A stretch of DNA of 49,000 nt from Tubulanus polymorphus (Eukaryota > Animalia > Nemertea). This document shows positions 23,447 to 37,400 of this stretch, piece by piece (position 1 is the stretch's first letter; each line of letters opens with the position of its first letter). The translations under genes were made by a program, and so were the position numbers. A model generated the notes under the pieces. The model was not told the origin of the DNA and ran no database searches. It worked only from the letters and a program-made list of their open reading frames with translations. The DNA is taken from positions 1-49,000 of the forward strand of contig NW_027437484.1 of NCBI RefSeq assembly GCF_964204645.1, given 5' to 3'.

Positions 23447-25916
23447 TCATACATCGTTCATGTATATTGAGGTCCCTTTTTTATCCAAATTTTCCACTTG
23501 GAATTGAAGTACTGCCTCTGGGAATTGTTTGTCCGCGACTCTGGTTTGGACAGTTATTCTGTATTTTAACTTGGTCCAAAGATTACAATCATTGTTCATA
23601 GCTCAGATAATCAAAATAATAATTCTAAAATGTGTTTTGATCTTTAATGGTTTTTTAGATTAAGTTCGAGGAAATCAGGTCATTTTAACTATTAGTTTAT
23701 CTAGCGATTGTTTGTACATATTATTTGTATATGAATCTATATCAAGTATATGTATTCGGCACCCCCCCCCCCCCCCTCGCCCCTCGCCCCTCGCCCTATT
23801 TGCGATGCCTTGTGTCGATATAGGCGTGCCTCTATGTATTGCTGGTGCTGAGATCGATGTAAAATTGTAATGAAATATAAAACTATGAATTCAATGTAAA
23901 TATGAATTATATACTTTTAGTATTTAATGCAATAAAATGTATAAATCCATTGTTTTTGTTTTTGTAGAATTAATTATTGTTTAAACAATGAAACTTTCGT
24001 TGACGACTCATCCAAATATAGAGTTTGACCGTTGAGTGGATGATGAACTGTGTGTCTCACTACGCGGCGGGAAGCAGGTGAACCCGCGCGGGACAGCAGC
24101 TGCGTCAATCTTAGTCTGTGTGCGACACATACCTAAAAACCGTTCAAACAATACACGTATATCCAAACAATAACTAAAGCCTACAGTGGTGACCCATATC
24201 GCGGGCTGGGCGGGGCTAAATACGGGCTTTGTTTACAAAACTCACTAGAGACGACGCGTCAAACTTGAGAATAATTCTTGATTTACACCGGATACCAGTT
24301 CATCATTACAGGTAAATTATGTATTGATTTTTGAGTATTAAATTCGCGATTGCGGTCAATCTGACGAGTTGTTGATATCAAACTGACCGGACGTAGAAAA
24401 ACAGGTTTACACGGGAAAGTAAAAATGGCGGCCGCGCGGTCCCCTCCCCCGCGACGCGTAGATTCTCAGTTTTATAATTTACCTGTGTTAAGGTTTTATT
24501 TCGGGGGTCGGGGGTCGGGGGGCTACTATTTCATCCTCGTTATTTATGACTGTTGATAAACGTCTCATAAATCAGTTGCACATAGAAAATCAGAGGAGTA
24601 ATAAATATTGATAAGATACCAGAGCGCACCGCCGCACCGCGCACCGCCACACCGCGCACCGCACCGCACCGCCGTGTTTACATAACACCTTGGATTCAGA
24701 TAACAGAATAACAGAGTAACTGAGTGATAAACATTGCTATAATCGTAAAAACGACCGATGGAGAGATTGACCGAGAGACTAATCCATGTGACTGGTCCAG
24801 TGACCTCAATACTTCTATAAGAAAGATGATCCGGCTATGACTGTACATCTGCCAACAAAACCAAAAATGCATTATCTATTGTAAAAATCATCACGAAATA
24901 AAAGGCCCAGTTTTACATTTCGCCCGGTTAGTCCTGGTACTTGACTCTCTTTGTTTGTTAAGGTTAAAAACATTGAAAATGCGGAATTAATTTCAATTCT
25001 CTTTGTTAAAACATATCTCAGACAACATTGTTCAGATCTGACTAATTTGTCACCTCGACATCGCCGCCATCAGGTGAGGGAGAGAGAGAGGTGTGTTATT
25101 TACTCTGTTCGGAAAACTTCGTGGAAATTCCGGGAATTCCTGGAACACAACCCGACCGCCGCCGCGTATATCACGTATAGTTAATTAATTCTAAATCTAG
25201 GCGGTGACCGCAGTGCGCATGTCACACACACTCAGTACAGTACTGATATAACGACGGCCATATTGTCACCAGGAACTGCTTTATATGAGAACCAGGTAAT
25301 AACAGTATCTACTGCTAGTATTATCAGTGTTTATTGATAAGACTGATAATTTATCAGTTTAAAGCGGCCACTTAAATGAATTTAGCCTCAAATATGTTTG
25401 AATTCTATAACTATTGACACTTGACATTTATTTGTAATCCAGAGCGCCGCGGCGGCGATGACTCACTTTCTATATTTCATACACCTCCATATATAGACAT
25501 ACTGGGCAGAGATTTCGTAACTGCAGTGGCCGCGCCGACCAGTTGCGGAATTTGGGCGTTTTTATTGGGTGGTTTGAGACCCCTGACTAAGATTCAAAAC
25601 TGCAGAACCATTTATAGTTATGATTTAAATCCCTACTTCATGAGACTTGGTTATATTGGTTGTATGTTAACGACCGAGGGCGGGGGGGGGGGGGGCATTT
25701 TTGGTTTTATTTGGTATTATTGATTTTTTTTTTGGGGGGGGGGGTATCATGGGGGACGGATTCATTTAAATGAGTTTCAAATGGACATTTTGAGGGACGC
25801 GTAAAACACAATGACTTATAATTTATTGACGACAGTCGTTTAGATTTGATAATTAACTAAATTAAATGTAATTGTAATTGTATTGAATAGTTTCTAAATT
25901 AAATTTAATTGTAGAA

Positions 25917-26612
25917 ATGGCAGATGAGAAATGTGCGATCGACCTTGAGAATCAACAGGCCTACTATTTACAGCCCCAGTATCGACAGGAATATGACCAG
26001 CCCGCTCAGCCCATACGAGGCGTCCAACCGCACATCATTCAACCGGATCAACCACCCCCCGCAGAGTACTACGCTAATCAGGGCGGATTAAAGATTAACC
26101 GTACATCTACACTATACATATCATTAATCCAGTTAGTAATCGCCGTGTTACTGATTGTAAACGCAATACTCTACGTATCGCTCGCCCTACCCTACAATTT
26201 CTATCAAGACTTTTGGATCGGCGCGTTCGTGCTAATAAGCGCGCTGATATCTCTAACGGCCGCCCGCAGAGTGAAGCCCGGTCGCGGTATTATTTCAGTC
26301 TGTTTGGCTTTGTCGTTATTCTGTATGTTACTGGCTATCAGCGGTATCGTGCTGACGTCGCTACTATTCGACTGGAGTATGATATTTAAAGAGGTGTGTC
26401 TGGGCAGACGACCCGATCGATACATGCGGATGTGGGACTGGCAGAAACAAGAGATGTTAGTGAAATGTTACCAGGCGAAAATTCCCTACGAATATCAGTG
26501 GATTTTCTACATGATTGATTTGTTATTGTTTATATTTGAGACGATTCTGATGGCTGTCCTGTCAGTATTCTATAGTCGAGCTTTGTGCTGCAGGACCTCC
26601 ACCACTTACTAA
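25917..26612 (+). CDS. Four-transmembrane protein, MS4A/CD20-like (231 aa, single coding exon), paralog of 22289-23095
   Basis: Acceptor TTGTAG just before the ATG. Pro/Gln/Tyr-rich N-terminus, QLVIAVL...YQDFWIGAFVLISALIS pattern resembling CD20-like TM1-TM2, Cys pair in loop 2, C-terminal CC. Confidence 0.8.
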   Translation: MADEKCAIDLENQQAYYLQPQYRQEYDQPAQPIRGVQPHIIQPDQPPPAEYYANQGGLKINRTSTLYISLIQLVIAVLLIVNAILYVSLALPYNFYQDFWIGAFVLISALISLTAARRVKPGRGIISVCLALSLFCMLLAISGIVLTSLLFDWSMIFKEVCLGRRPDRYMRMWDWQKQEMLVKCYQAKIPYEYQWIFYMIDLLLFIFETILMAVLSVFYSRALCCRTSTTY

Positions 26613-27734
26613 AAACAACACCCCCCTCTACCGGGGATCCCTGACATTATCCATACAGCTGCAACCCCCGATTCCGCTCTTCGGCTAATGGCATCATCTC
26701 ATCGAGGAATCTTCAGATTCGCTGCCGGGTTCGAACCCCATCATTCCATCACGTAGTAAAAAGAGATGTTCTTAAAACGGAAACATATCCGAGCCGTGTA
26801 TTTACGGGTCACGTGACTTGTACCCTGTCGAGAACACGTGACTCTCGTTTGTAAATATTTCTCTGAATGATATTTTATAATGTTCGGTTTATTGTAATCT
26901 CGATAGTAATTTCTACTCGATCTTATTTTTGTAAGACGTTAATTTATGTGTATTTTATGAATTTAAACGTGTATCTCATATACAGAATCTTCTACCATCG
27001 GTTTTTACTTTTCTATTTTCACGAGTGAAAAGAGTTATCAGTACTATGTGGATCCGGACGATACTGGTCCAGTCCATACCGGCCATACCGGGTCAGTCCA
27101 ATACTAGGTCCAGTCCATATTGGACCAGTCCATTACTTGTCCAGTCCATAGATACGTATTTTCATAAATCAAATATAATTTTCAGATTTCGTCCTCAATG
27201 TTAAATTCAATCCATCGGGTATAAAACATCCATGTATTAAACACATTCCGTCTCATAAACGATAAATAATAAAAAAACAATTGAAGTATTCAAAATATGT
27301 AAAATATTTTTAAAGGTAAATTCTACGCAATTTTTTTATTTATTCCAAAACTGTAAATATTAAATCATAAATTCAAACAGTTTTATACAATGTATTTATT
27401 TCAAGTTGTATCGATACAGTGTATCCAGTGTAAATCCAGTGGTATTTGTATTGCGGCGTTAATTGTGCTTTTATACAATGTATCCAATAGAACTCGTGTA
27501 TCAATACAATGTATCCAGTTAGGATTGTGAAACAATGTATCCAGTTAGAATTGTGATACAATGTGTATCAATTTGTATCGTGTCTATTGTAATTTACATT
27601 GTATCCAATTGATTCAGGTAATAAATGTAAAATAATTTATACAATGAAATTAAATATTGCTGATATATTTAAACTACGATCTTTTTCAGTTGTATTTTGT
27701 CCACCGCAAACCAATTATTACAGATTTTCAAGTG

Positions 27735-28150
27735 CGGGTCCTGAATAGATGATGTACAAGGGTCGGGTTCGAACCCATTACTGATACTGATTTAGAGTGG
27801 TCCTGATGCTGAATAGAAGATGTACAGGGACGTACGTCCCGGGTTCGAACCCAGTAATTACTGATACTGATTCAGAGTGGTCCTGATGCTGAATAGAGGA
27901 TGAACAGGGGTGTTCCGGGCTCGAACCCAGTAATTATTTACAATTATTCAAAGTGGTCCTGATGCTGAATAGAGGATGTAAAGATGGTGCCCATCCAGAG
28001 GATATCAAGATTTCTAACGTGATCGCCATCTATTGGAATTTGTCTGAACTGACTAGATAGCTCTTACTGGTCTCACTGGCTCTTCTCTAATCCGTTAAAA
28101 TCACACTCGCCATCTGGTGGATATAACCATCATTAGACTGTAGTAGCAAT
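27735..28150 (+). repeat. tRNA-derived satellite units plus one arm of the CTCF-motif palindrome
   Basis: Three to four units with GGGTTCGAACCC, then 28021-28122 matching the left arm of the palindromes at 39817 and 40609. Confidence 0.85.
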
Positions 28151-28417
28151 GTAAGGGAGCCTCCGCCCGCTAAAACGACCTGTAACCAGTCTACTGAGAT
28201 TCACTATTATTAGGGTTAGGGTTTCGGATTAGGGTTAGGTTTAGAGATAGAGGTTAGGGTTACGTCGCCACAATCGCGTTTTATACTTAGCCGGAACTGC
28301 TGACAGCAGCGACATCTAACGTGATTATGATTGTGGAGCCCCAGCTGATGACTGATGACACTGTGACAGATTAACTTACCCCCGAATTAACCAAGAACAG
28401 CCTGAATCGACACCATA

Positions 28418-31400
28418 ATGGCTGGTCTGATTAAAAACCAAATCCTCAAACATTTATCAAAGTAAGATTCAAATAATGTGTGTTTGAATGGACGACACTG
28501 ATTGTGGTAGACAGTCGTTCATTCACCTCGTCACCTGACGTTTCGGTCGTTTGTCGTTTTGGTTGGTCTTGTCACAACATGATTGTCACTCACGGTCGTC
28601 ACTGATCAATCTATTTTTCTCGGAGGAGGGGGAGGGAGAGGGGTAATATCAGGAGTTTGATAATTTTTTACTTTGAGGATGATATCTAGTATCTTTATTA
28701 TCTTATTCTTAATTATTATTAAGAAATCTTAATCTACCTTCCGAAAATCCTGAATCAAGCGAGCCCTTACCCTACAACCGCTGCCCTATTGAACTATCAT
28801 CAATGATTTTGTATTTTCAGATTCACTAAGAATTTATCTCCGGATAAAATCAAACTGAGCACATTGAAAGGTGAAGGAGATTTAACAAATTTAGAATTGG
28901 ATGAAGAAATGTTGATGGATTTATTAGATTTACCGACTTGGTTGCGTTTAACTAAAGCTTATTGTAATAGAGTACAAGCTAAGGTATTTACAACTTACAA
29001 CTTACAATATACAACTCATTCGAATTGATTGATTAATTATTGATTTATTTAATAATTAGGTTCAGTGGACGAAATTAAAAAGTCAGCCGATATATTTGGT
29101 AAGTGCGGTTTGTCTAGGAACAGTTTTGTTACAAGAATCCCGAATTTGTCAAAAAACCTCATCATTATCAAACTAAGTTTTTTAATGTGATTCAAGTATT
29201 TTCTGTTTGATATATTTGTAGTATTTAGATGAAGTGATAGTTGAAGTGGAGACTTGTAACGAACCAAGGCAATCGACATCTAATTCTAATACTCCTAGGT
29301 AAATTAATCTCTATTAGCTCAGCCCTGTCAGGGGTGAGGAGAGGGAGGTGTGAGGAGAGGGAGGGGTGAAGAGAGGGAGTGGTAGGGTGAGGAGAGGAGA
29401 GGGAGGTAGGTGTGAGGAGAGGGAGCGGGGTTAGGAGTGGGAGAGGAGAGGAGTGGGAGGGGATGAGGTGAAGAGAGGGAGTGGGAGAGAGGGAGTGGGA
29501 GAGGAGAGGATAGGGAGAGGTGAGGGAGCGGGGTTAGGAGAGGGGAGTGGGAGGAGAGGAGTGGGAGGGGATGAGGTGAAGAGAGGGAGAGGGAGTGGGA
29601 GAGGAGAGGTGAGGGAGGGGGTGAGGAGGGGAGTGGGAGAGGGAGTGGGGCTGCTTGTGTTTTACAGTATGATAATGTTTATGTTTATATCTATATTTAT
29701 AGTTTAGAACCGAGTGGAACGAAGTATGGTTTCGTCGATCGCGTTGTTGATGGAATTTCACTTTCTATCAATTCTGTCATCATCAATTTTATATCAAACT
29801 CATTCAAAGCATCGATACAGGTAACACCCATCGGTCTGTCTGTCTGTCAGTCTGTCTGTCTGCTAGCATTAATGAGGAGAACCTGGTCTATCTCTAATTT
29901 TAGCTGTCGCGATTGAATCTGAAAAGTAAAAGTCCGACGTTTCTGGACGTGGACCTGCGACGTACGAGAATCAGGGACCCGGACCGCGGCGAGATTCTGC
30001 TGTTTAAAGAGTTAGAATGGATGACAACGAGAATTGAGGCTAGTGGATTAGAGACCTGTCAATCATTGTGTACCACGCCCCTTCGTCTTATCGCTAACCA
30101 ATCAAAAATACGCATTTCACTGAAGAAGCGTTTGAGTGGTAAGTTCAATCAGACAATTTGCATATAGTTTGAATACAGTCAACGCGTACTTCTACAAAAA
30201 CCACATCATTTTAGGAAAGTCTTGACAAATCTTTTTTAAGTCTTATCTATTTCCATCAGTAATCAAGGGCCAGTTGTACAGTCATGACTTAAGTACTTAA
30301 GTTGTTAGATTGGCTATAGAACTAAATTGGTCTGAGACTGGTCTTAAGTCTAAGCCCTGTCTATACAACCAGCCCCTGAAGAGTTAACAGATATCTAACT
30401 GATAATGTGTTTTAATTCTGATAGATAGTAGTGTGATATCATCTCGAGTTCAACTGTTACTGGATGATTTATTGTGGGTCCTCACCGATTCTCAACTCAA
30501 AGCTGCTATCGTATTTGCGCAGTCTTTAAACGACGTCATCGAAAAATCTTCCGCTCAAAGTAAGATGGCCGCCAGTGGTCGCGTTCAGGTACATCGAGTT
30601 ATCAATTCAAACACGATTTTATTGAAACAGTAAAATTTTGTCACCACTTATGTTTCTATATTCTTTCACCAGGTGGCGTCCTCTCCAACGTCTGCTCAGC
30701 CAATCCCGCAGCAGCAGCGACCGACCAATCAGAATCAATCCGCCGTTTCAAATTTATTCAAAAGATTCGACATCGTGGAGACCTCGTATCATTTATACAC
30801 GGGACGTATCGACCTTCACCTTTGCGGAGACATGAATGTAGAATCGGGTAAGGGAGACACTCTTATCGATATAGATACAGATTATTGATCTATTAGAGAC
30901 CGATAAATTATTGATTATAATTGACTAACGTGTTGTAGATAATGACCGTTGTGCTCTCGCACTGAAAGGTAAAAAATACTTCACTGTTTTTGCTGCTTGT
31001 ATAGATTTTAATACCGTAAAACATTCGAGCGGCCATCTTGGATCGGCGGAATTAGTTTGCGCTCTTCGGCAGCTGATATCCAACATGGCTGCTTTAATCT
31101 AAATCCAAGATGGCCGTTTTAATGGTGAACTGGTTTGACGGTATTTCTGACGGGTTTCTTCTTCTTTTTCACTGTTTTTCTCTGTGGCTTCAATTTCTAA
31201 CTGCATTCATTCATTCCCGCAATATGTACCGACTTTCTATTTATTCGACTATTTTATTTTTGTTGCCTCTGATTTTTGTCGCGCGGTGCCTGTTTGGATA
31301 CAATAGTTTATTTCTATTTACAGCTGGTTTAGGAGAGGATTACAGTAAATTATTGGATTGTGGAGCGATGCAAGTTACATTCACTAAACTCGCTATTGAT

Positions 31401-34400
31401 CACTATCCGTATCATCCAGCAGGTAGGTGAACCATAGTGAACCATCCCCCCCCACACCTCCCCACAGTGAACCACCCCTACCCCACAGTGAACCACACCT
31501 CCCCACAGTGAACCACACCTCCCCACTGTGAACCACCCCTACCCCACAGTGAACCACACCTCCCCACAGTGAACCACCCCTACCCCACAGTGAACCACAC
31601 CTCCCCACAGTGAACCACCCCTCCCCACAGTGAACCACCCCTACCCCACAGTGAACCACACCTCCCCACAGTGAACCACCCCTACCCCACAGTGAACCAC
31701 CCCTACCCCACAGTGAACCACACCTCCCCACAGTGAACCACCCCTACCCCACAGTGAACCACCCCTACCCCACAGTGAACCACACCTCCCCCACAGTGAA
31801 CCACCCCTACCCCACAGTGAACCACACCTCCCCCACAGTGAACCACCCCTACCCCACAGTGAACCACACCTCCCCCACAGTGAACCACCCCTACCCCACA
31901 GTGAACCACCCCTACCCCACAGTGAACCACACCTCCCCACAGTGAACCACCCCTACCCCACAGTGAACCACCCCTACCCCACAGTGAACCACACCTCCCC
32001 ACAGTGAACCACCCCTACCCCACAGTGAACCACCCCTACCCCACAGTGAACCACACCTCCCCACAGTGAACCACACCTCCCCCACAGTGAACCACCCCTA
32101 CCCCACTGTGAACCACCCCTACCCCACAGTGAACCACACCTCCCCACAGTGAACCACCCCTACCCCACAGTGAACCACACCTCCCCCACAGTGAACCACC
32201 CCTACCCCACAGTGAACCACCCCTACCCCACAGTGAACCACACCTCCCCCACAGTGAACCACCCCTACCCCACAGTGAACCACACCTCCCCCACAGTGAA
32301 CCACCCCTACCCCACAGTGAACCACCCCTACCCCACAGTGAACCACACCTCCCCACAGTGAACCACCCCTACCCCACAGTGAACCACCCCTACCCCACAG
32401 TGAACCACACCTCCCCACAGTGAACCACCCCTACCCCACAGTGAACCACCCCTACCCCACAGTGAACCACACCTCCCCACAGTGAACCACACCTCCCCCA
32501 CAGTGAACCACCCCTACCCCACTGTGAACCACCCCTACCCCACAGTGAACCACACCTTCCCCACAGTGAACCACCCCTACCCCACAGTGAACCACACCTC
32601 CCCCACAGTGAACCACCCCTACCCCACAGTGAACCACCCCTACCCCACAGTGAACCACACCTCCCCACAGTGAACCACCCCTACCCCACAGTGAACCACC
32701 CCTACCCCACAGTGAACCACACCTCCCCCACAGTGAACCACACCTACCCCACAGTGAACCACACCTACCCCACAGTGAACCACCCCTACCCCACAGTGAA
32801 CCACACCTCCCCCACAGTGAACCACCCCTACCCCACAGTGAACCACCCCTACCCCACAGTGAACCACACCTCCCCCACAGTGAACCACCCCTACCCCACA
32901 GTGAACCACACCTCCCCACAGTGAACCACCCCTCCCCCACAGTGAACCATCCTGCACAGATCCCTGCTGTAATAGATCTTTATTCGCCTTGTGCTGCTGT
33001 AGAACTGCTATAGAACCAATACTCGTAGAACCCAAGCTGCTTTTATCCCTGTAGTGTGTAACCTATAGAACCCATGCCTCCGGTCAAACTATACCAAAAG
33101 AACCATGCTAATAGAACCGTGCGCTCCTGGTAGAACCAAGAGAACCATGCTAGGGGTTCGATAATGATGCAGATGTAATGATATATTGATTCTATAGGTG
33201 ATGAACGTGAGTTTTGGACTGGATACAATTATTCATACATGTTGAGTATGTACACTCACTGACACTGTGTGTAAACAGTATATAATCTATTATTGATTTG
33301 TTTGGTCTAATCTGACACCTAGTGTCATTTGTTGTAACTAACTCACCACATGAAAATATATCGAGGTTCTCGGGTGAGAGCTCACGCCATCTGGTGGGGT
33401 TATATGTTACTATCCTTAGCTCGGAAATGAGAATTATCGCCCCCTGGTGAAGTTAAATATAACTGAATTACCCAGTTAGGCTTGGTGAGGGTTCCCGCGC
33501 CCCCTGGTGGGAGATTCTGTATTTCTATATGTCCCTGGTGACCGGGAACGAGCACTGTGTTCAGTAACCAAATCGATATTTTGATATTTCTGATGAGATA
33601 TTTGTGATATTTTTTGCTGTATGTTTCAATGATATTATATTTAAAGGGTCTGACAGAAGACATTGGATGGGATTCAATGAGTATATGATGTCTAGAAATG
33701 ACTGGGCTCAGAAATTGTTAGGTGAATTCCGAGAGGAAGTGATGAGGGCGAGGATTAAAGCTCAAGAGGTCAGCCCTCAATCCTCACCGTTACACGGCCC
33801 GAAAAAACCCGGCAGTCAAAAACCACGACCTCGATTGTTGGAATGTTGCTACGTGTTACGATTGGAAGATTTTACGATATATCGCGTATCGACTCCAGAC
33901 CGTACGAGGAATCGACCGAAGAAATTCCTGTCGTCCGATAAAAAGAAGTTACATTTACCTCCGGACATGTCAGCAGTACATATAGAACATACTGAGTATT
34001 ACTTCCCTGAGAATGTTGACTATCCAGGTACGTCATGTACAGGGGGAGCAGGGGAGGGAGGAGGGAGCTCAGGGGGAGGAGGGGAGGGAGGAGGCTGCTC
34101 AGGGGGAGCTAGAGGGGTAGGAGGAGCTCGAGGAGGGAGAAGGGGCTAGAGGGGGAGGGTGACTGTTTCTGAAACTTCATACAAACTGGTTTATACATGG
34201 ATGCGTCTGATGCAGCAGAAAACCCATTATCGCTGCTTTGCAGTTATATTTAAATTTGTTTTTCTTCCATTTTCAGTTCCCCATGCGAATATCTTTGCGC
34301 AGTTAAACCCGATTCAGTTAACCCTGGATTATCTAACGATAATCTGGTTGGATGCATTTATTCTGAAACTAGCGTCCAGTGTTAAAGCTGAATTAAACCC

Positions 34401-37400
34401 GGATTGTATTGAACCTCCACCTGCTGAACATAAAGATATCAAATTTGAGGCTTTAATGCCGAGAGTAAGTAGTTTTATATCTAATAACTAGATGGTGCTC
34501 TTGTCAGTAATAGTGTTATATCTCATCACTAGGTGGTCTGGAAGTTCATAGTTTTCTATCTCACCACTAGATGATGCTGTAAACAGTTAATAGTGTTATA
34601 TGTCACACTGTGCTGTAATACGTAGTGTTTTATTTCACCACTAGGTGCTGCTATAATCAGTTAGTTTTGTATTTAATCACTAGGTGGTGTTGTTGGAGGA
34701 AGAGAAACGCCCGGAGCAGCCCGATCGACCCGGTGGATTACAGATTCAAGTATCGCGACTAACGATGACGAACTGTCGTTTGGACGAAAACTCTTCGAAA
34801 GCCAATTTACAACAATGTCTACAACAATTTAAAAACGGTCAACTATTCGTAACCGGGGACTACCCGAATAAACAAACGGATTTAGTATCGCTAGCGCCGG
34901 AATTATTAAAATACGCGGTAACCGACGAACGTATCGAGGAACGCAGCGATTTTAATGAGATTTTACGTCAAGGAAATTCGGACGGATTAGAAACATATTT
35001 CAACTTGACGACGAATTCTTTAAAATCGGACGCGGCATCAGACGTTTGGTTTATAGCGTGCGAACAATTCTGGGCGGAATTCATCGACGTTCCTAAATCT
35101 AAAAACCGTCCGATCCCTTTCATAGAATCATTTCCTATTGAATTATGGGTCAGTTTCCCGCAAGCGAGCCGATTGGCCGAGGAGGTTCATCGTAGACGCA
35201 GTCGCACGGGAAGTAGGTCGTCGCTACGGCGATTAAAACAATACTATAGTCTGGATAGTAACGGTAGTAGTATCGACAGCGATGAGAACTCGTCTAGTAG
35301 TGTAAACGCTCCCTCACAGATGGCGCTGTGTAACGTACTGATAAAACTACCGAGACGTGTGATAATTCAAATAGATCATTATCAGTTTATCTTCCTGATG
35401 AGATTGTCGGAAACACTCTCGAAATATCAATCAGAAATAGAGAAGATCAACGAAGCGATGTTCCCTCGAGATCCGAACGCCGTCGTTAAACCTCGTAAAA
35501 TCTGCGTCGCCATGACGATAGAAGAGATCGAGATAGCGATGATTTGTCTGCCGATTATAAACAGGAATAACACATCAGACGAATCGGAGCCACCCTTAAA
35601 ACATCGGACGGAGAGCGCTGATAGTCCGGTGTCTCCATCTCCTACCAGTACGGATACTACAGGTATGTATTAGTAGAATACACCTCCACTAGGGGGCGCT
35701 GATAGTCTGTTATATAGTATAAACTGTTATCTATTTTCAGGGACCCCGGAACCGAGTGATAATACCCCAGAAACGCCCTCTATTATCAGTAAATCGTACT
35801 CAGATTCTGAACTGGTCCCCGGTGAACACGCAACACCTCCGCAGATACTAGTCGAAGGTTGCGACCTCGCTCAACAATACAGCTGTACGAGTTCGTCGTC
35901 AGGGTTACCGTCACGGTCGCAGACGGATGAATCGATTAATTCTACGACGTCTGTGAAGAAAGGATCGTTTTTCTCTACGATGGACGTTCATGTTGCGTTC
36001 AGTAAAGGAATCGGCAGATTAGGGAATCTCGCCGATAAAATGAAATCTAATCTCGATATATCAGACGATAGTTCGGTGATTTCTGAAGATTGGGATTCGT
36101 CGTCGTTAAAAAGCGGAATGTCGTCGGACGATGAAGATTTCGTGGTTCTCGGTTTATCGGAATACGACAAGGTGGCGCCGGCGTTCTCACCTAAACCACG
36201 AGCGTCGTCTGAAACGGAATCGAGTTTCGATGAATCGGATCGAATCAGTGAAAAAACACTGAATACTGAACAGAATCATTCAAACAATGATTCACAGAAG
36301 GTAAACATCCTCCCCTCACCTGCTCCCTCCCTCCCCTCACCTGCTCCCTCCCTCCCCTCACCTGCTCCCTCCCTCCCTCACCTGCTCCCTCCCTCACCTG
36401 CTCCCTACCCTCACCTGCTCCCTACCCTCACCTGCTCCCTCTCGCCACGCGTCTCCCCTCGCTCCCTCTCTCCTCCCTCCCTCCCTCTCCACCCTTATCT
36501 GCTCCCTCCTCTCCCCTCTCCCTCCTCTCCTGTGTTAATGCGTGTATTCTATGTTTCACATATGTTGGTTGTAACATACAGAATTCACCACACTGAACTC
36601 TCTCTCCTCCCTCCTCTCCCTCCCCCTCCCTCCCTCTCCACCCTCATCTGCTCCCTCCTCTCCCCTCTCTCTCCTCTCCTGTGTTAATGCGTGTATTCTA
36701 TATTTCACAGATGTTGGTTGTAACGTACAGAATTCACCACACTGAACTCTCTCTCCTCTCCCTCCCCCTCCCTCCCTCTCCACCCTCATCTGCTCCCTCC
36801 TCTCCCCTCCCTCCTCCCCTGTGTTAATGCGTGTATTCTATATTTCACAGATGTTGGTTGTAACATACAGAATTCACCACACTGAACTCATTGCTCAGAT
36901 TATAAATGAAGATATGAGTTTAAAACTGCAACTACAGCACATTCAACCGTGTGTCCACGGAGATTTAAACCCTGATGAATTTATTACACAATTCATGATG
37001 AATTCAAGAGAGAAAGGATGTACCCCTCCGAGACTGGATTACTTCCCCGTTAAACTACGCTTCGACTCGGGTCCGTCTGTCGTCGGTGAAGCGCCCCCTA
37101 GCGGCGACGATGAGAAGGGTTGTATGGATGTTCGTATAGATGATTATGCGTTGAAGTTACCGATGTCGGCTCTGATCGGGATGTTAGAGTTGATGGAGGA
37201 CGAAGTTCTGCCGTCAATTTTCCCGATGAATATAAACATAAATAACGTACAACTTTCACTACAGGTAAAAAAAACTCAATCATACTCCGTTCCACAGTTC
37301 ATCATACTCCGTTCCACAGTTCATCATAGTCCGTTCCACAGTTCATCATACTCCGTTCCACAGTTCATCATACTCCGTTCCACAGTTCATCATACTCCGT

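Noticed and set aside
31393-33035. Gly/Trp/His-rich repetitive ORFs resembling structural proteins
   Set aside because: Frame-shifting translations of an intronic 20-21-bp minisatellite inside BLTP3.
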